Of a DNA stretch of 64,000 nucleotides, positions 1-13,935 are shown one piece after another. Numbering within the stretch: position 1 is the stretch's first letter; the number at the start of each line of letters is the position of its first letter. The DNA comes from Eledone cirrhosa (Eukaryota). Position numbers and translations under genes: made by a program. The notes under the pieces were generated by a model that had not been told where the DNA came from, did not search any database, and was given only the letters and a program-made list of their open reading frames with translations. The stretch is from the NCBI GenBank assembly GCA_964016885.1, contig OZ024743.1, positions 113,646,001 to 113,710,000 on the forward strand, written 5' to 3'.

Positions 1-199
1 CCAGTAGTTTTAGCAGGAGAAGTAAATCAATTATATTGACCTCATTACTGGATTGGTACTTTAATTTATAGGCCCTGGAAAGATAAAAGAAAAAGTTGAC
101 TTTGGTGGGATTTGAACTCAGAATGTAAAAATTCATGTCTAAAGATCACAAAACATTTTGTCCGAAGCTTTACCGATTCTGCCAATCCACCATCCTACA

Positions 200-490
200 G
201 TCTAAAGTCTATCTCAAGCCAGAAGGCTCATTAGGCCAATGCTTATCCTGGTTTCATGGTGTGAAGTGACTGAGAGTACAAGACTCTCCCCTGGATAGGA
301 TGCCAGTCCATTGCAGGGTTAAACCCCCAGCTATTGCTGGTACTCATTTTCAGCAGAGTATACTGGAGCAATGTGAAATGAAGTGTTTTGCTGAAGAACC
401 CAATACACAACTTAGTCCAGGAATCGAAACCACTACATTATGATCGTAAGTCCAACACCCTTATCACTAGGCTGCGTGACTCCACAACCA
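200..490 (-). mobile_element. tRNA-derived SINE, family C (second copy about 4300-4535 minus; head fragment 61325-61410 plus)
   Basis: Minus strand has a tRNA-like head (CCTAGTGATAAGGG...GGTTTCGATTCC, A/B-box-like) and a central ACACTTCATTTCACATTGCTCCAG block shared with family B; the near-complete repeat at 4300-4535 matches. Confidence 0.75.
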
Positions 491-1799
491 CCCTACAGCC
501 AGTACATTTATTGCAAGGTATTTTGCCAACACTCTAATTATTTTGTGAATGCAAACAACACCCCCTGCAACCACCTCTCCATCACTGTCAATGAGTGTAT
601 ATATTTTGTGTGTTGTTTTCGTATTTCTATGAACATTATATAAACAAGAACAACCCCCACCAGCCCTTGCTCATGTTGAACCCTTTTAATACATAACTGC
701 CTACAACTGCTCCTGGTTCTACAAAACTAAACTGTTTGAATCAAAGCATTTATGTTCATCTACAAACCTTCCATTATAATTTTATGTAAGAACCTTTAAG
801 TTATGAAAATATGGTAATGGAATGGTTAAATGACTTGTAGCTATTGTGTTAAGATTTATAGCAAAAATTATTTGATGTATGTATAGGCGTGTAGTGAACA
901 TGTTTCATTTATTACACCAGCACATTATCATGTGTAACGGTTATCGGTAGTCACAAACAAAATGCTTTGCAGCATTTATTCTGCATCTTTACATTCTGAG
1001 TTCAAATTCTACTGAGGTCTACTTTGCCTTTCATCCTTCTGAACTTCATAAAATAAGTAAAAGCCAAGTACTTTATTAATTTAATCAACCTTTCACCCTT
1101 CCCTCAAAAATTGCGTTTCATGTCAAAACGAGACAATTATCATGAGCAAGTTGTTGGCTTTCAAATCGCTACAAATTGCACTCTAAAGTCTTTTTGAAAA
1201 GGAGAATATACTAGTCTACTACATCTGTCACCAGTTCCATGACATAGTTCTTCCCCCAGCTCACTCCTTCCAACATTATCATATGAATTTAATTTCCTCC
1301 CAGCCCAGTGTCATCTTCGAGAACATTCTTCAGTGTGTGATTGGTCTTGCAACTCTTTTGCATACAGAGGATAACTCTACCAGCAAGTTCATTGTGGTGT
1401 GTGACATACCCAACTAATGCAAGTCTCCATTACTTTAAATATTAGAAAGGCTAGGATGTGAACTGTAGTGTTTTAATGGATAATGTAGACTAAAAAAAGA
1501 AAGACAAGATGGTCAAAACTGGAGTACTTTTGACCATAGTTCTGCTCAATCAGATCTAACCTAAGGCTAAACAACAAGCCAACAAGGAAGCTTATATATG
1601 GTTGCTTAACCTGCTAAAAATAGCAGCCGAATCACCTCTAATTTCACCTTACCATCTTAAAGAAAAGACTACATCCGGTAATAATTTAGTAGGAATTATC
1701 TAAAAACAGGTTTGTTAATTTTAATATTTATAGTGTCTTTACTAGCAGAGAGATGGTTGTGAAAATTTAAAGCAAACTAATATAAAGACTTCCATACTT

Positions 1800-2172
1800 A
1801 ATATGTTCCTCTGAAGGGTCTTTGGAGTAACGTTACTTGATAAAGTGCGTAGCTCGGAGATCAAAGAATCACTCCAGATAGAGCTGCTACTTCTCTGAAT
1901 TGAGAGATCACAGCTCTGATATTATGGGAATGTTGTTAGAATATCTCAGGGAAGAATCGCTGGACAGATTTTATGGACAAAACCAAATGTCAGGTGACCC
2001 AGGAGTAGATCCCGAGCAAGATGTCTGAATAACATCCATGAGCTCAGCTGGTCTCCTTTGGGGATCCATGTGGATCAAATGGAAACAGTTGCTTTTGACA
2101 TGATCTGCTGGAAAGAGTGTTTGAAAACTCTGCTTCCACAACCCTCTCAGGAATAAGTGGATGAAGAAGATG
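1800..2172 (+). mobile_element. Old degenerate RTE-clade LINE 3' fragment (Expander/Rex3-like)
   Basis: Translates with stops as FL*RVFGVTLLDKVRSSEIKESLQIELLLL*IERSQL*YYGNVVRI, matching the RTE ORF C-terminal motif; ends in a GATGAAGAAGAT tail. Confidence 0.7.
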
Positions 2173-2579
2173 TAGTCATAATGCTATTTTGCATTTTTTA
2201 TGAATGTCTTGCCAATGTGGTTTTATGTGGTACAGGATGTTATGAGTTAAACAGCGTAGCCTGGGACACATAAAATGACAGGAGAGTCTTTTGATCAGGG
2301 ATCAGCAAATTTGTTTTCTAGGTGAACCAAGATAGATCTGGGTGAAAATAAAATGACATCTTTGTAATATAAAGTTGCGTAAACTGCCTATTTATAAAAT
2401 TATTCTAATGGTTTTCATTATCAGCATATAACAGAATTAAATAAATGTCCTTTTGTGACCATATTTCTAACAAAATACACTCTATTTCAATTAATTAATG
2501 AAAACGTTTGAGGGATTTACTAAGATTACTTGGATAGTGACTTAACATGTGGTTCTTATATAAGATTATTAATTTATAT

Positions 2580-2745
2580 AGGCGGTGGGTTGGCAGTATC
2601 AGAAGAGGGTTGGATGCCATGCTTTGCAGCATAGAATTACGTCCCTTTACGGACTGAGTTCAAATTCCGCCAAGGTTAACTTTGCCTTTCATCCTTAAGG
2701 GGTTGATAAAATAAAGTACCAGTAATGTGCCAAAAATAGAAACAA
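2580..2745 (+). mobile_element. tRNA-derived SINE, family A (about 20 copies or fragments in the window)
   Basis: B-box GAGTTCAAAT followed by a conserved GTTAACTTTGCCTTTCATCC...GATAAAATAAAGTACCAGT core (Deu/Nin-like, from recall). Other copies: about 20-195(-), 930-1135, 4180-4300, 11137-11238, 12873-13045(-), 23270-23430(-), 48000-48188, 49805-50165 (two), 53248-53445(-), 54112-54250. Confidence 0.85.
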
Positions 2746-3939
2746 TTTATATAGGATTCCTTTAAAACAGGTGGTTCTGTTCCATAGATCCAGAGCCAGT
2801 TTTTGGTGTGTTGGTATTATGAAAGGTAAAACTTCACATCTGAACAAACTTCCATTTTTTACACAGTGAAGGGATATACCTTTGTGTGTGTTAATATAAA
2901 ACAATCTATAATATATAAACAGGGTAGGCAGGGGCTCTCTAAACAATAACAAAAGCAACCCAACTAGGAGAGCAGTCACTATGAATAAATAAGACAGCAT
3001 TGTGTGGACATGAGATTTGGAGGTCATAGAAAAAAACAACCTGCCTAGAATTGAAAATACTGTGAATAAAAACTGATAAAGAGTGGAGAGGGTTCTTAAG
3101 TTCCGTCAAACAACTTTATTATTGGTGACATGGAGAATACACTCAATCAATGCTCTAAAATAGCTGGTGATAGGAAGTATTCTAGTTTTGACACTCCTGT
3201 AATTTTATATGTCTCAGACTACACTGTTTAATTCTTAACATCCTGTACCACATAAAACCACATTAGCAAGACATTCCTAAAAACATACAAAATAGCATTA
3301 CGAATACATCTTCTTCACCCACTTATTCCTGGAAAACACAACATATAAAATTACACTAATTGTGTATACAGGAAGGAACTCAACCAACGGAGGTGATGCT
3401 GTATTGGAAAAGATCCATGCAAACATGAAAAAAATGGACATAAAATGATGATGATGATTGAATTATTTAAAGCCTCTAAAAATATGAGCTGGAAAAGAAC
3501 AATTCAATCCATGAAGAATGGAAAAAAATCATGTACAATGATAATGATAATGATGATATGATCATTTAATTCCAAAAATGTGACTTTATAATACTCAATT
3601 TTACTGTTTGTTAACCAAATATTTATGAGAAAAACAATTTTTGTATGTAAGGGTGGTGCCCCAGCATGGCCTCAGCTGGATGGTTGGAACAGGTAAAAGA
3701 GTAAAAGAGTAAAGTCATATATTCCCTCTGAAGTCCATGAACTGGATTTGGCCTGTGGTTTAGAGTTTGTCAAGTCCTGCCTTAGATCATAGGTCAACTC
3801 AAAATCCTGTCTGACAAGGGTTTAACTGTTTTGTTACCATATTTCTAATGACATATAATGTCTAAAATTTTCAAATTATTTTGAAAATATTCAAGAATTT
3901 GCAGGGATTTAGTAATATAATTCATATTCTCATTATTAA

Positions 3940-4160
3940 CCCTTTAGCATTTAAACCAGCTGCATCTGGCCAGAATTCTCTCACCTCTTTCTGTTCAAAC
4001 CAGCTGTAACTGGCCACTCATACTAATGTTAAAGTATTGTTCTCAAAATAAATAATATCAAAATTTCATAGATTTGATATTATGAGACATAATTATATGA
4101 GATAAAGCCTTTACCATTAAAATACAATAGTAAATTTAGAGTAATGTAAATGCTAAAGTG
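3940..4160. mobile_element. piggyBac-type MITE (about 220 bp)
   Basis: TTAA|CCCTTTAGCATTT...AAATGCTAAAGTG|TTAA; six copies in the window. Confidence 0.85.
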
Positions 4161-5179
4161 TTAAGTTGGTGTTTAGGACAGTTGATTGGCAGTATTGGTA
4201 GAGTATCAGACAAAATAACTTGTGGTATTTAGTAACATCTTTCTACATTCCATTCTGATTTCAAATGCTGCCAAGGTCAGTTTTGCCTTTTATTCTTCTA
4301 CGGCTTCATGGCATGAAGTGACTGAGAATACAAGATTCACCCCTAGACAGGACGCCAGACCATCACAGGGTTAAACTAACAGCTATTGCTGGTACTCATT
4401 TTCAGCTGAGTATACTGGAGTAACATGAAATGAAGTGTTTTACTCAAGAACACAACATGCAACCCAGGAATGAAACCCACAACATTGTGATTGTAAGTCA
4501 AACACCCTTACCACACGGCCACGCACTTCCACAAGTTAAGTACTGGGGATGATATAGTCAACTTTCCTCTTTCTCCAAATTACTGACCTTGTACCAATGC
4601 TAGAAAGGATTGAAAGAATTAGAAGGAAAGTTGATGTTTAGAACATAGCACAACAAAGGTTTTTATATAAAATAGTGATGAAAGGTTTTAAGATAAATAT
4701 ATATCTATATATAAATTTGAGTCATTTCCGTCCCTCATACATTGTGTGTTTAAAAGGAAGGAAGGGGATGGTGCAAAATCTATAGCAAAACTGACTGGCG
4801 TTCTATTTGCTACGCTGTGGGAGTGTGTGTGTTTGTGTAAAAGTATGTGTGTTTGTATGAATGTATGTATGCGTGTATTTTTGTGAATGTATGTGTGTGT
4901 AAAAGGAAGGGGATGGTGAAAAAAACTATAGCAAAACAGTGACTGGTGTTCCATTTGCTACGCTGTGTGTGAGTGTATGGGTATGTTTGTGTAAATATAT
5001 GTATGAGTTTGTGTGAATGTATGTCTTTATGTGAATGTATGTCTGTGAGTGTATTTTTGTAAGTCTGTTTGCATGTTTATATTTATATACTCATGCACAC
5101 AAATGTAGGCATGTGCACTTTAAAACACACACTTTTATGTAGTAGAATGAGAATGTAGTTTCAGGTTAACTGGTATTAA

Positions 5180-5551
5180 CCCTTCAGTGTTCAAACCAAC
5201 CAAAACCGGCCAGAATTCTCTACCTCTTTCTGTTGAAACTAGCTGTAACTGGTCGCTCAAACTGATGTTAAGGTATTGTTCTCAAAATAAATACTTTCAA
5301 AATCTCATAGATTCGATATTATTTGAGATATTATGTGAGGTAAAGCCTTTACCGTGAAAATATAATTGTTTCTACTTTTGGCACAAGGCCAGCAATTACC
5401 CAGTGTATTACTGGTACTTTATTTTATCGACCCCGTAAGGATGAAAGGCAAAGTTAACCTCGGCGGGATTTGAACTGAGAATGTGTCAAGACATGCTAAC
5501 TTTACCATGAAAATATAATAGTATATATTGAGTAATGTGAATGCTAAAGGG
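5180..5551. mobile_element. piggyBac-type MITE with a nested 5'-truncated SINE-A (about 5366-5481, minus)
   Basis: TTAA flanks and CCC/GGG ends; the nested insert is bounded by a 19-bp duplication TTTACC(G/A)TGAAAATATAAT. Confidence 0.85.
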
Positions 5552-5635
5552 TTAAATGGGTTAAACAACAACTGACCATAAAAGTAAAGATATATATCTG
5601 TGACACTTCCATACAATTGTTCTGTTGGCATCTAA

Positions 5636-5995
5636 TGATGGCAATGGTGGTGGTGGTGGTGGTGGTGGTGGTGTTGGTGGTGTTATTGGTGGTGGTAGGT
5701 GGAAGTGGTGTTGGCAGTGATGGCAGTTGCTGTGGAAGTGGTGATGTTGATGATGCTGGCGGTGGTGTTGTTGGTGGTGGCGGCAATGGTGTTAGTGGTG
5801 GCAATGATGATGGCAGTAGTGGCATTAGTTAGTGCTGGACATGGAGACCATGGAAGCAGTGGTGGTTGTGATAATAATGTTAATAACAGTAGTAATAGTA
5901 GTAGTAGTAGTGGTGGTGATAATAGTGTTCATAACAGTAGTGGTAGTGGCATTGGTGGTGGCAGTAGCTCTGATAATGATGGTGACGATGGTGAC
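5636..5995. repeat. Degenerate (GGT)n/(AGT)n trinucleotide microsatellite
   Basis: Seen directly; explains the poly-V/G/T ORFs. Confidence 0.95.
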
Positions 5996-6399
5996 ATCAG
6001 TATTTTTCATACTTGTATGTAATGAATGCGTTCACATCTGATCATTAACTGGGACTGGTATTGATTTCTCAGTTCAATAGATTGAGAGTTGAAATGTCTG
6101 TATGTACTATTTGTCTCGCAAAAAAAAAAAAAAATTCTTTTTCTTCTTCACAGAAACTTCACCATATTTGATGAAGTTATCTGATCAGGACAATAATAGC
6201 CAACAGGCATTTATTTATTATTGAATTTTATTGGACTAACAAATATGATATAAACTGACAAAAACATCTGTACTAGCTGTTTCTCTTCATGTTGTATTGA
6301 TTTCTTTCTGAGATGGTTGGCATTGCTCAATGGTAACATCGTCTTCAAATTCTGGCAATAAGATGAAAAAAAGGTTTTTATCACATTTTACAAAACAAA

Positions 6400-6870
6400 A
6401 AGTTGAGAGGAACCTTCAGTTGGGTAAAAAACATTACAATTTCCTTAGTGTTGATGGTCTACATGATAAATGTACCCAGTATACTCTGTAAAGTAGTTGG
6501 TGAGAGGAAGGCTATCCCACCATAGAAAATCTACCAGTATACTCTGTAAAGTAGTTGGTGAGAGGAAGGGTATCCAGCCATAGAAAACCTGCCAAACAAA
6601 GGGTTGGCAGGAACCTTCAGCTGTGTCAAAGAATCAACAGCCTCCCTTGTGTTAGTGATCTACATGATAAATGTACCCAGTATACTCTGTAAAGTAGTTG
6701 GTGAGAGGAAGGGTATCCAGACATAGAAAACCTGCCAAACAAAAGGTCGAGAAGACCCTTTAGTTGTGTCAAGACATGCTAACTTCCCATCTGTTGGTGA
6801 TCTATATGGTAAACTCACCCACTACACTCTGTAAAGTGGTTGGTAATAGGGAGGGCCTCCAGCTGACTAG
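6400..6870 (+). repeat. Degenerate tandem array built from the SINE/RTE 'GTTGGTG..AGGAAGGGCATCCAGC..TAGAAAA' domain
   Basis: Four successive copies of ACTCTGTAAAGT(A/G)GTTGGT...AGGAAGGG..TCCAG. Confidence 0.75.
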
Positions 6871-7234
6871 AAGGACCCTAAGTGCTGGTGTCATGATAAC
6901 ATGCACTCAGTACAGAGCATAGCTGTATGTAAGGGAAATGCAGGCCCCCAACCCATTTGAGAGGCCAGTAGCCCTGCTTGAGTACTGACTTGGTCTGTAA
7001 TTGCCAGTCCAGCCCTTGCTAACCTGAAAATAGATGTTAAATGATGATGATCGTGAATGATTTTATTCTATAAAATTCAGTTACATTAAGGGAAGCCTCA
7101 GAAAAGACCCCTTTAGTGTTGGTGCTATGGTGACATACACCCAACCAGAACATTCTGTAAAGTGGTTTGCAATCAAACAGGAACACTATAGGGTAAACAA
7201 GACTCTTCAGTCTGGCTAAGAATATGGCACCTTT

Positions 7235-7440
7235 CCTAGTTCTAATGCCATAGTAAAATTCAACCAGTACACTCTACAAAGTGGTAATGTTGGTGCCTCG
7301 AGAAAATGCACCCTGTACACTCTGTAAAGTGGTAATGTTGGTGCCTCGAGAAAATGCACCCTGTACACTCTGTAAACTGGTAATGTTGGTACCATGATAA
7401 AATTCACCATGTACACTCTGTGAAGTTGTAGCATTGGTGC
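7235..7440. repeat. 48-bp minisatellite, about 4 units
   Basis: Unit TACACTCTGTAAAGTGGTAATGTTGGTGCCTCGAGAAAATGCACCCTG. Confidence 0.9.
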
Positions 7441-7849
7441 AAAGATAAAACAAAACCATGCTAAATATAGAATGCATGAGCTAAGTGAGGTTCTCCAACC
7501 AATGATAACCCTTACAATCCTAGCATGGAAACCAGACATAGAATGGTAATAAGGGTGATGATGTTTGTAAAGAAAGTGTTAAACAAGCAAACTAAACCCA
7601 GAATTTAGCAGCATTGCAATGAAATATTGTCCCTACTACAACAACAGAAAGAAAAAAAATCTTTTGTTTGTTTTTTGTAGTCATGCTTCAGAAGTTAATT
7701 TCACAATAATGAAAATATATGGTTTCTGCAAAGGCTACTCTGGAGCCATGCAAATAGATTGGTAAATTTCTATTAAAATTCATAGTTTCTTAACTAAAAC
7801 AACTATGCAGTTGTTAGCAAGCCAGTATTAAACGAACTGCTGCTTTGAA

Positions 7850-8389
7850 AACATGTGTGTTTTTGTGTTTATATATATGTATGTGTATGTATGTATGTGT
7901 ATGTATATATACACACATATATATATTTGTATGTTTACATTTGTATGAATGTATGTGAGTGTATATGTATATATTTGTATGTATGCATGTATACATATGA
8001 ATATGTATGAATGTATGTGTGTGTGTATGTATATATATATGTGTGTGTGTGTGTATGAGTATATGTATATGTGTATATATAAATATATACATATGCATAT
8101 ATGTATATGTGCGTGTATATATGTATGTGTATATATATGTATATGTGTGTATATATATATATATATGTATGTGTATATATATATATATATGTATATGTGT
8201 ATATATATATATGTATGTATATATAAATATATATATGTGTGTCTGTGTATATCTATATGTGTGTGTGTGTATATATACATGTATATATATAGATATATAT
8301 GTATATATGCATATATATATATATATATATATAAATATATATATGTATGTATGCATATATATATATGGAAATGTGTATAAATGTATATA

Positions 8390-8451
<62 letters not shown>

Positions 8452-9049
8452 CATGCATATATATATATATAGAGAGAGAGAAATGTGTGTAAATGTATAT
8501 ATGGAAATGTGTATAAATGTATATATATATTTATGTGTGTGTGTGTGTGTGTATATATTATCATATATATGCATGTGTGTGTGTGTGCAAGGTTCAATCT
8601 AGGATCATATTTAATTCATTAATCAATTGTAAACTAATACTAATGGAATCAGGATTATTTTTTTGATTATTTAATTTTTTTTCAGTTATCTTATTTACCT
8701 TTTTATATATTTAAGATAAACCAATCATTTGTATGAGATGGACATAGGATTCGATATATCACTGGCTCGTCTACAAATTGCACATCTCGCTATATATGTA
8801 AATGTGCAGTTGTTGCATGTATGTGTGTGCATATTTGAATTTGCACACTGTTTCCATATGCTTACTAACATAAGATTGTATACACACACACATACAAACA
8901 CAAACAAAAATATCCAAACATGCGCGCCCACGCATGCATATACACACGCACTCACACACACATATACACGCATTCACACACATACACAGAGGCATTCTTG
9001 CACAAATATACTCGAAGCACATACAGATAACACACACACACACATGCAC

Positions 9050-9111
<62 letters not shown>

Positions 9112-9400
9112 GGGCATTCATACACAAATAATGCAAAACACACACAAATATAACACATACGCGTACACACACACGCACATATATATATATGGGCATTCTT
9201 ACACAAATATACACAAAACACACAGAGATAACACACACACACACACACCCACACATATATATATAGGCATTTTTACACAAATTATTCAAAACACATACAG
9301 ATAACATACACACACACACTCATACAAAGATATACACAGGATACATACATACACACTTACAAAGACATGCATAATACACACACACACGTATACAAACATG
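7850..9400. repeat. Compound (TA)n/(TG)n and (CA)n microsatellite blocks, interrupted by unique sequence at about 8590-8880
   Basis: Seen directly. Confidence 0.95.
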
Positions 9401-10519
9401 CATAAATCTACTGAATGTAACTTAAAATGTTCTTCAATTACAGTTGCTGTTATTTAAACCCAGCATCAATAATCAAAGCCATTCCAGCCATGACCATCCT
9501 ATCTTTGTACTTTCTTTCCCTTCCTTTCTTAAATTGTATGCTTACAAAAGAACCCACTCCTCTCTGTAAGGTTGTAGAGTCGGAGTCTCTATAAAATGGT
9601 CCCAGTACACTCTGAAAAGAGGTTGGGGTTAGGAGTGACATACAGCTGTAGAAACCGTGCTTCCAGTACACACTGTAAAGTGGTTGGTGTTAAGAAGGGC
9701 ATCCAGCTGTAGAAACCAACCCAAAACAAAGATTATGAGCAGCACTTAGTCACCTGACCAGACTGACCTCAGCATAGGACACCCATCAAACCCAATCAAG
9801 CATAAAAAATTGATGTTAAACAATGATGATGCTTCATGTTTTTTAAATAGTAATGTGGAGATTGAGAGAGACTTAGCTGTCATTTCTAGCAAGCTTATTG
9901 ACCATGGAGAGGCTTCCTCATTGGCTAATCCTAATTTATAATTGAAGGTCAATCATCATCATCATTTTATATCCTCTGTTCCATGCTCAAATGGATTGGA
10001 AGGGTCTTAGTAGATGAGGTAAGTACTCAAAACAGAGGTACTGTCCTCATGATGTGTTAGCAGCCTGCATTTGACATTGCTGTACCCTACTGAATGCTCA
10101 GGCAGGCCAGTGATTTACAACTCCCAAATGGTCCCTCAGATTACCAAGTGCATTTTACCATGGAGGTTGTCTTCTCTATGGCACAACTAAAGAGTTTTCC
10201 CCAACCCTTTGTTTGGAAGGTTTTCTATGGTTGGATGCCCTCCTATCAAGAACCACTTTACAGAGACTATGGGATCTGTTTATAATATAGCTTACCAACG
10301 CTAGGGAGGTTAGCTGAAGAGTTTTCCTACCCTTTTTCTCTTTCTACATCAAAAGTATATTGTTGAGTTCAGTTAATATTTTCTTATTAATCAGTTTATG
10401 CAGAGAAATAATGGTTGTTCTAGAAATATCTATGACATCAATCTGGGAATTGGCAAGAATAAAGCTTTTGTTTTTGAAATTAACTTTTCTGTTTTATCTC
10501 TGAGGAAATGCTATTATTT

Positions 10520-10840
<321 letters not shown>

Positions 10841-11427
10841 TTCACTATCAACAATTGCCACAAAGAAATACATTTAATTCTACCTTACAAATAGACATTT
10901 CTAATAAATTGTCATCATAGGTCTGATCTCTAGAATGGTGCCAGGAACTCATGGCTACTAGCAGAACAATGCAGTCTCTCTTTCTCTTTCTCTCTCTCTC
11001 TCTCTCTCTCATATGAAATGTTATATTTTCCATTCTACATGGCAATTATCAAGACACTTCCAGGAAGATTGAATTCAAATCCTTCTCTCATTGACTTTGC
11101 CTTTCATGTTCTTATGATCATTAAAATCATTCAAAGCCGCCGAGGTTAACTTTGCCTTTCATCCTTACGGGGTCGATAAAATAAAGTACCAGTAATGTAC
11201 TGGGTAATTGCTGGCCTTGTGCCAAAATTAGAAACAATTAAAATATGTACCAGTCATATATTGTGTTTAATACCATGTTACCCCTTGCATACAAATTATA
11301 GATTCATTTTGTATCAATAGAACATTTTAGTGTTGATATTTAGGCCAAGTCAATCATGATCCAACAAAACCATGATCAAGAATGTTATGCAAAAGCTGTG
11401 ACTGTCTCTGCAGCATTTATGTATATA

Positions 11428-11655
11428 TCATCATCATCATCATCACCGTTTTACGTCCGTTCTTCCACGCTAGCATGGGTTAGACGGGTTGTCCTGTCGT
11501 GGGCAGTGTCCAGTCGGCTGACCTTGTCTTGCTCATACGGGAACTGATTCTGGCTTGATTTCTACAGCTGGATGCCCTTCCTAACACCAACCTCATTTAC
11601 AGTGAGTGCTGGGTGCTTTTTTGCCGTGGTACCTCCACAACCACTTTTCAGTGAT
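11428..11655 (-). mobile_element. SINE-B-like body with an RTE-type (GAT)n tail, 5'-truncated
   Basis: Reverse complement of GGTTGGTGTTAGGAAGGGCATCCAGCTGTAG...ACCCATGCTAGCGTGGAAGACGGACGTAAAACGGTGATGAT. Confidence 0.8.
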
Positions 11656-12088
11656 GCTACATGGTAGTGAGACATGGGCAGCAACTGCAGAGGATATGCG
11701 ACGGCTGGAGAGAAATGAAGCAAGTATGCTCCGGTGAATGTGCAATGTCAATGTGCGTGAACGACCAAGCATAGACGAGTTGAGGAAGAAACTGGGTATA
11801 AGAGGGATAAGTTGTGGTGTGCAGGAGAGAAGGCTGAGATGGTATGGGCATGTGATCCGCGTGGAGGATGACCGATGGGTGAAGAAGTGCCAGGAAGTCC
11901 CAGTGGAGGGAAGACGCAGTAGAGGTAGACCACAAAAAACATGGACGGAGGTGGTGAGAGCAGACCTCAGATTGCTGAAACTCACCAAAGAGATGACGAA
12001 GGACCATTACAAGTGGAGAGATGCTGTGCTGAATAGGACCCATCCAACCCTTGCAAGCAGGGAAAAGCGGACGTAAAATGATGATGAT
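11650..12088 (+). mobile_element. RTE-clade LINE 3' end
   Basis: MLHGSETWA...ERRLRWYGHVIR...GRPQKTW motif; tail CCCTTGCAAGCAGGGAAAAGCGGACGTAAAATGATGAT matches the SINE-B tail. Confidence 0.9.
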
Positions 12089-12174
12089 GGTATATATATA
12101 TATATATATACAGAGAGAGAGAGAGATTTAAACGAGTAGAAGTCAATGTTGCAGCATATGTACAAACTTTATTT

Positions 12175-12262
12175 GCATATTACAATTGTTTTGATATCAA
12201 TCAGCTCAGGGTACAATCAAGGTGACGGGGCCCAACTCTTTTTCAACATCTCGTCAATATGC
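12175..12262 (-). ncRNA. Degenerate type I hammerhead ribozyme motif with a long stem II
   Basis: gcatat-(c)TGACGA-gatgttga...ttgatatc-AAAA-caattg-TA-atatgc. Stem I is a perfect 6 bp and stem III is palindromic, but C3 is lost and G12 is mutated. Confidence 0.55.
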
Positions 12263-12430
12263 GACCTTATATATGCAAAGACACATCTAAACTGTTGACA
12301 GAGGTCTCAAGATCAGTTTATATATACACTTATTGGGGGGTTTGTAAGGGGTGGGGGGTAAAGTAGGTTTAGGTTTAGAGAGTAGAGTGTAAGGGTAAAA
12401 GATGAAAATATAAAAAGATAAACGGTAGAG

Positions 12431-12765
12431 AAGAGGTTCTCAAAGTGGGCACTGCCATCCCCAGGGGGAGGGGGACTTGAGATGGTCCAGTGGGGCCTAA
12501 GGAGGGATGGTAGAGATGATATAATAGTATGTTAAATATCAAAAGATACATATTATATATATATAGTAAAATAAAAAAATATATAATATTTATTTATATA
12601 TGGTATATATTATATTATTTATTATATATAAATTAGTGATTTTATTTATTATATATTATTTACAATTTGCATGTAGGCAGGTCTCTCTGGAAATAGGGAT
12701 GGGGGCACTGGGGGTATTACGTAGCCAGGAGGGAGGCGATGGCCCAAAAGGTTTGACAACCTCTG
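12431..12765. mobile_element. hAT-type MITE
   Basis: TIRs AAGAGGTTCTCAAA / TTTGACAACCTCTG; 8-bp TSD CGGTAGAG/CAGTAGAG (7/8). Confidence 0.8.
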
Positions 12766-13141
12766 CAGTAGAGGATGTAAAAGGTAAGAATATATATTAA
12801 AAATGCTTAAGTAAAATGGTAAAAAAAGAAAAGGAAGAGGAAAGAAGGATTGAAAAGGTTAACAAAAATAATAATTGTTTCTACTTTTGATACAGTGTAT
12901 TACTGGTACTTTATTTTATCGATCCCCTCAGGATGAAAGGCAAAGTTAACCTTGGCAGGATTTGAACTCAGACCGTAAAGGGGCATAACTCTATACTGTA
13001 AAGCATGGTGTCTGACCTTCTACTGATACTGCCAATCCACCGCCCTTAACCAAAATAATCATGACATAAATAATTATTTGAGAGAAAAAAGCATTTTCCA
13101 GCATGATTTAAAGGGTTAAAAGGAATACTTAATAAGAAGTA

Positions 13142-13308
13142 CCGTATTTTCCGGCACCGAAGTCACTTCATCCTCGAGGACGCATCCTAATTTTGACAAC
13201 CAAAAATTTGAAAAAAATAATAAACAACCTTCAGCCTCCAGGACACATGGTAGATTTTTGAGACTTATTTTAAGAAATAAGTAACGTCTTTAATGTCGGG
13301 AAATATGG
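13142..13308. mobile_element. Tc1-mariner/pogo-type MITE
   Basis: TA|CCGTATTTTCCGGCA...TGTCGGGAAATATGG|TA. Confidence 0.75.
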
Positions 13309-13772
13309 TATAATTTCTATATTGCTTGAAAATGGCCAAATTTTGAAAGTTTTAATTAGATTGGAAATAAAATTTTCATATATAAAAAAAAGAATAAAAA
13401 ATAGAAAAAGACAGTCTAAAAGGTATGTAATCTCTTACATGATCTATTTCAATGAATTTTAGTGGCAGTAAATAAGAAATTGGCAAGAAATAGTAGCTTT
13501 TAATTTTTATGAAAAATGACCAATATTTGTAAATTGTCACTCGACCAAATAACATTAAAATAATTAATTTCTAACACAGGAAAAATTTCAAGAGATAAAA
13601 AATAAATATCCATTTTAACAGGTGTGATATCTCTTAAATGATTTTATTTCAACACATTTTAGAGGGTGAGACTGATTAATAGGGTAGATAGTATCCAGTT
13701 TCTAAGGTGTTTGAAATTGGTCAAAATTTTAAAATTTAATAAGACCACCTGAGGATATGAAACTGGTGTTTT

Positions 13773-13935
13773 TCATCATCATCATCATTATTATCATCAC
13801 CACCATCACCACCACCACCTTTGTTATCATCATTATCATCACCACCATCATCATTATCAACATCATCATCATCATCGCTATCATGACCCTCATCACCACC
13901 ATCATCATCATCATAACCATCATTATCATCATCAT
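13773..13935. repeat. (CAT/CAC)n microsatellite (similar tract at 16610-16858)
   Basis: Seen directly. Confidence 0.95.

Noticed and set aside
2695-3039. 114-aa hydrophobic ORF
   Set aside because: Ends in antisense SINE-A sequence, has a non-ATG start and shows no recognisable motif.
5544-6041. Gly/Val/Pro/Thr-rich ORFs resembling structural proteins
   Set aside because: Open in most frames on both strands; a trinucleotide repeat.
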